Assembly (NCBI GenBank): GCA_002269645.1
Contig: NIVC01001798.1
Span: 124,001 to 188,000, forward strand
Direction: 5' to 3'
Length of the DNA stretch: 64,000 nucleotides
Origin: Macrostomum lignano
Taxonomy: Eukaryota
In this document: piece after piece, positions 60,126 to 64,000 of the stretch
Numbering within the stretch: position 1 is the stretch's first letter
Layout: each line of letters begins with the position of its first letter
Translations under genes and position numbers: made by a program
Notes under the pieces: generated by a model
What the model was told of the DNA's origin: nothing
Database searches by the model: none
Seen by the model: only the letters and a program-made list of their open reading frames with translations

Positions 60126-61475
60126 GGAGTTTTTGGCCCGCTCGGACGCAACTTCTTCTTACTTTGGCTCGGGCCTAGCGCGCAACTTCTGGTTCCCGGA
60201 GCACGACCGTCGTTTCTTGATCCCCGGATTGCAACTTCCCCCATCATCATCAAGGACGAGTCCCCCGGTCGACAGCAGCGAACATCCAGTTAAGAGCATC
60301 ACCTGCTAGCTAACAGCGAAGATTGTGACAGCATCATCCCGAGTCTACAGCTGCAGAGCATCGAGCCGATTCGGTCACTGTGGAATACCTGGTCTCCGGC
60401 TGTTGAGTTTCTGATTGGTTGGGTGAGAGGCTACCTAGACTTGCTTGATTGGGTGATCCCTTTTCTGTCCCCTGTTGCAGTAGCTGAATTAGGCGCACAC
60501 TTTTGCTCATTTTGTTCAGTAGTGCTGTTGCTGAGGCAGGAATCATTCAATAATACTGCTAGTAGTCTAAGACTCCAATTCAATCTAAAGTGTGAAGTGA
60601 ACTAAGGAGAAGGTTAAATCTAACAGTTATCTTTGTCGGCTTTATTTCTTTGTTCGCCGATGGCTCAGATGAGTAGCTAAGCTAGTAGGCGCCGGTCACA
60701 GTGGACCAATGGCAAGGCAGTTCTCAGTCGACCAATCTAACAAATCAGTGAGCAAAACTGCCAAAAGTGCAGAATCGGCGCCAGAGATGTACTTTGTGCA
60801 CTCTAGGGTAGCCAAGCGGCTCGGGTAAATGAATCATGCGGTCTCTGAAGTTCGAGTTAGCCTATCATCAGCGCTATGAGAGGCTAGTTGGCGCGTTGAA
60901 GGCTAAAAGTACATATCTTCGTATTTAGCAATGTAATAGTACATGTAGCTACCCCATAGACTCGCCACTGCAAGAATCCCCTGCACAAGTCCCCTCTGTA
61001 CCTGCATGGCCAACGCGATCTAGTCCCAGCAGTGTCCCTTATCATCGGCTATGACTTCGAGATTGACAGCAAAAAGACACTAGTTGGCAGGTAAGTGCAA
61101 AGCCCCTTCTAGTCGGAAGCCCGATTTCGAGAGTCCCGGTGTGGTGAGCCAGGGCGCACGGGCTGGTGGCAGCAAGTTAGTTGATCTGCGGATTAGCTAA
61201 TTTCTACTTTCAAAATTCTCCCTGCTCGTCTCTCGCTGTCCCTCTCTTAGCTATAGGACCTAGACTGCTCGCCACACGATCAAGCTACCATGGGGCTGAC
61301 CATCTGACAGGAGTGGGGGGCCAGGTCTCTAATTGATTTATTTCTGAGCCTGAGGCCCGAAGGCTTCCCTAACAAGGAGCCCGAAGGTCGAAACCCATCA
61401 TATAGCTGATTGTACGTTTATGTTTTTTCGTCTACGGTTCACTTTTAAACAGTTATTTAATTCTACTAATCATCA

Positions 61476-62452
61476 GATATTAACAGTAGAACTACCAAGA
61501 AGGGGGAATTCCCCCCCCCCTGACAATTTTTTTTGCTGCGCCGGAACGGAGCAACGCAGGCACACGAAATTAAAAAACACGGCTAACTTTTTGTTGCGCA
61601 CCTTCTCAAACAAGAATCAAGTCGTCAGCCCTCCAGACCGTCAAGATATCCGACGATTCTGCAAGAAGTTCGGATTTTTCCCTTAAGCGTTAGTAGTGTG
61701 TTCAGTACACCGTACCCCTGTGCGCCAATCAGCACTGCGCCTCAATGCAGCTTTGTCAAGTCTCCAAATTTCATCAGAACGTCGATCACATGTGTCTGCA
61801 TCAGCTCTGACTTCGTTGGTCACTGGCCTTCACCGAGACGGAGATTCTAGTTCTAGACCTTCAACAGGTGGCACCAGGTGACTATGAACACCCTGAACGA
61901 ATTTCTCTAGTTTCGCTGATCAAACCTTGACAGTGGGCAAACCTTAACTGCTAGGTATCCTCAGTTGGTCTCTTGAGCATTTAGTCATCACCCGGACGCT
62001 GTCGGCACCTTCAACAGATGACACCATGCAGGCGACTATATGAGCATCCTGATGCGAATTTCTCGAGTTTCGCTAATCAAGCCTCGACAGTGGGCAAGCC
62101 TCAACTTCTGGACACCCTCAGCTAGTCTCTCGAGCATTCCGTCATCACACAAAGCTGCACCGAGGCGCAGTGCTGATTGGCGCACAGGGGTGTACTTAAA
62201 TACATTAGCGCTTAAGGGAAAATCCGACCTTCTGGCAGAATCGTCAAATATCTCGACGGTCTGGAGGGCTGGCGACTTGATTCTTGTTTGAGAAAGTGCG
62301 CAACAAAAAGTTAGCCCGTTTTCTTGAATTTTGTGTGCCTGCGTTGTTCCGTTCCGGCAGAGCAAACGATATTGTCAGAAGGGGGGAAATTTCCCCCTCT
62401 TGGTATAGTTCGACGGGCGGAAAATGGCTTGGTATTCCTACTGTTAAATATC
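61476..62452. mobile_element. Non-autonomous foldback/MITE-like element with ~260-280-bp inverted arms
   Basis: 61495-61755 is the diverged reverse complement of 62151-62405; the outer match GATATTAACAGTAG / CTACTGTTAAATATC extends it; a ~150-bp direct duplication lies in the spacer; no TSD identified. Confidence 0.8.
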
Positions 62453-64000
62453 GCACGGCATGGAGAAACACTGAAGGAAGCGGAAGTCTTTAATTTCTTT
62501 CTTTGTTGTATTTCGATGGAAGAAGATTCCGGAGGCTTGTAATCTACCAAACACTGGCCTAGAAGTTGTTTATACTAGCGCGCGCGAATTTAAATACGAG
62601 TAAAAGCTTGATTTTTATAATTTTAATTCGCTGAACTGTCTTTGGATGTAGCCTTGGCTTTAGTACAGTACTGCACACATCAGCCACCCAGATTTAATTG
62701 TAGAAAGTTTGGTTTTAACAGAGGGGTAATTCTATTTCATTTTCGGCTTGTAATCTCAAGATCAAATGAACAAATAAACAGTAACTAACTAGCTTAGCAG
62801 CTCTGTGGCTGTGCATTACTATAGACTATACTACTATATAGTCTAGGCAGGCCTGAGTGCTTTGCTAAAGCTAGCACAATGGTACGGTAGTATTGTAACA
62901 ATAATAAGAGTGCAGTGCCAACTTCAAATTCAACTTTTCTTCTTTTTATTTTCTTATTGCCTAGTAGCTAGGCCTAGGCTAACAAGATTCTTATTTTGCT
63001 AATTTCAAACTGGGCCTTTTACTATACTAATTTTGAATTTAATATAATATTTGCATCTATACGAAGCTAAAAGAATGCCAGGTATGTGGGTAAAGTAAAC
63101 AAGTGTATTAATTTTTAAAAAATGTTTATATTGTATTTTTGCATTATAATCTATACTAACTAGGCTTATAAATTAATAAGATGATTGAGGTTTTGGTATT
63201 GGATTGCCCAAGCCAAAGCTTGCTAAATGTGATGAAGAAAAGTATCAATCCCTAAGATATCTAAACACTCCAAGGTTACAAGGTAGAAATAGATTAGGTA
63301 GGAGCTTATTGATACATATCTAGCCTCTTAGTCTTAACAAAGGCCAAGGGGTACAAATAATAAGGCTATTGTAATGTATCTCCATATCTATTTTAAAAGG
63401 AAACATATTTTGTACTTATTTCTCACTTATTATTTGTATTTCATATTTGTATTCTGTTTCTGCATTTACTGTACTTTTTAGTGTATGTATATAATTTTGC
63501 ATAATTGTTTTATAATGTAGTTTGTTTTATTGCTCAATTCTCATATAACTAATATATAATAAATATCGCTCGTAAGAGTTCGCCGCGCTCTGATTTGGCA
63601 TTTTTGACTGATCGTGATAATTCAAGTGACAGTCCTCGGCATTCATTTCGTTATACTATAAGCAGTTAGCCACTTGAATTAGCAGTAACAAAGAAGTTAA
63701 TATAGTCAAGAGACATAAATCTTTTGCAGACTGAAGTAAAAACTTAATTGGAAAGGATAATTTATAAAAAGATTTGACAAATAAGCAATGTGTAAATTAT
63801 TTATCTTATGAGGAAGGGTCACTCAATGCACTCATAAACTTTATAAGCTTTTATATTGCTTCTAGCCTATATTTCATTTTATAATAAGTGTTCACTTGTT
63901 ATATCTTGTACTATTATTAGGTCTATAAGTCTTCATTTTAATTTTATAACCCAAGTATACAAAGGGCTAGAAGGGAAGAGAAATAGTAGAAAGGCAAGAG

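Overview
Repeat-rich animal genomic DNA with GT-AG spliced genes. The style resembles simple-repeat-rich invertebrates such as Macrostomum, but that is inference only. Host genes reconstructed by hand from splice phases: an orphan acidic/Lys-rich gene (12762-14733 +), a LITAF-domain gene (16491-18058 -), a secreted WSC-domain protein (21348-23524 +), a 9-exon signal peptide-CUB-LDLa-trypsin protease (24429-30905 -) and a single-TM orphan (47709-49263 +). Mobile DNA: a 7.36-kb TIR/TSD-bounded Mutator-like element, an intact DD34D mariner, two hAT-type MITEs, a truncated RTE-like LINE, two tRNA-SINE families and a foldback element. Many mini- and microsatellites are present, including about 8.5 kb of (GATA)n. 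Two observations stand out. (1) The Mutator element encodes one spliced 1013-aa CG-1-like/DDE/SWIM transposase fused to a ubiquitin-specific protease (C19) domain with intact catalytic residues; the fusion is hidden because a hAT MITE splits the ORF. (2) A 1366-bp tandem unit carrying a minimal type I hammerhead ribozyme sits as about 2.9 near-identical copies inside the GATA satellite, and a second 273-bp array is embedded in GATA the same way. Most long ORFs in the supplied track are translations of tandem repeats. No database searches were run.
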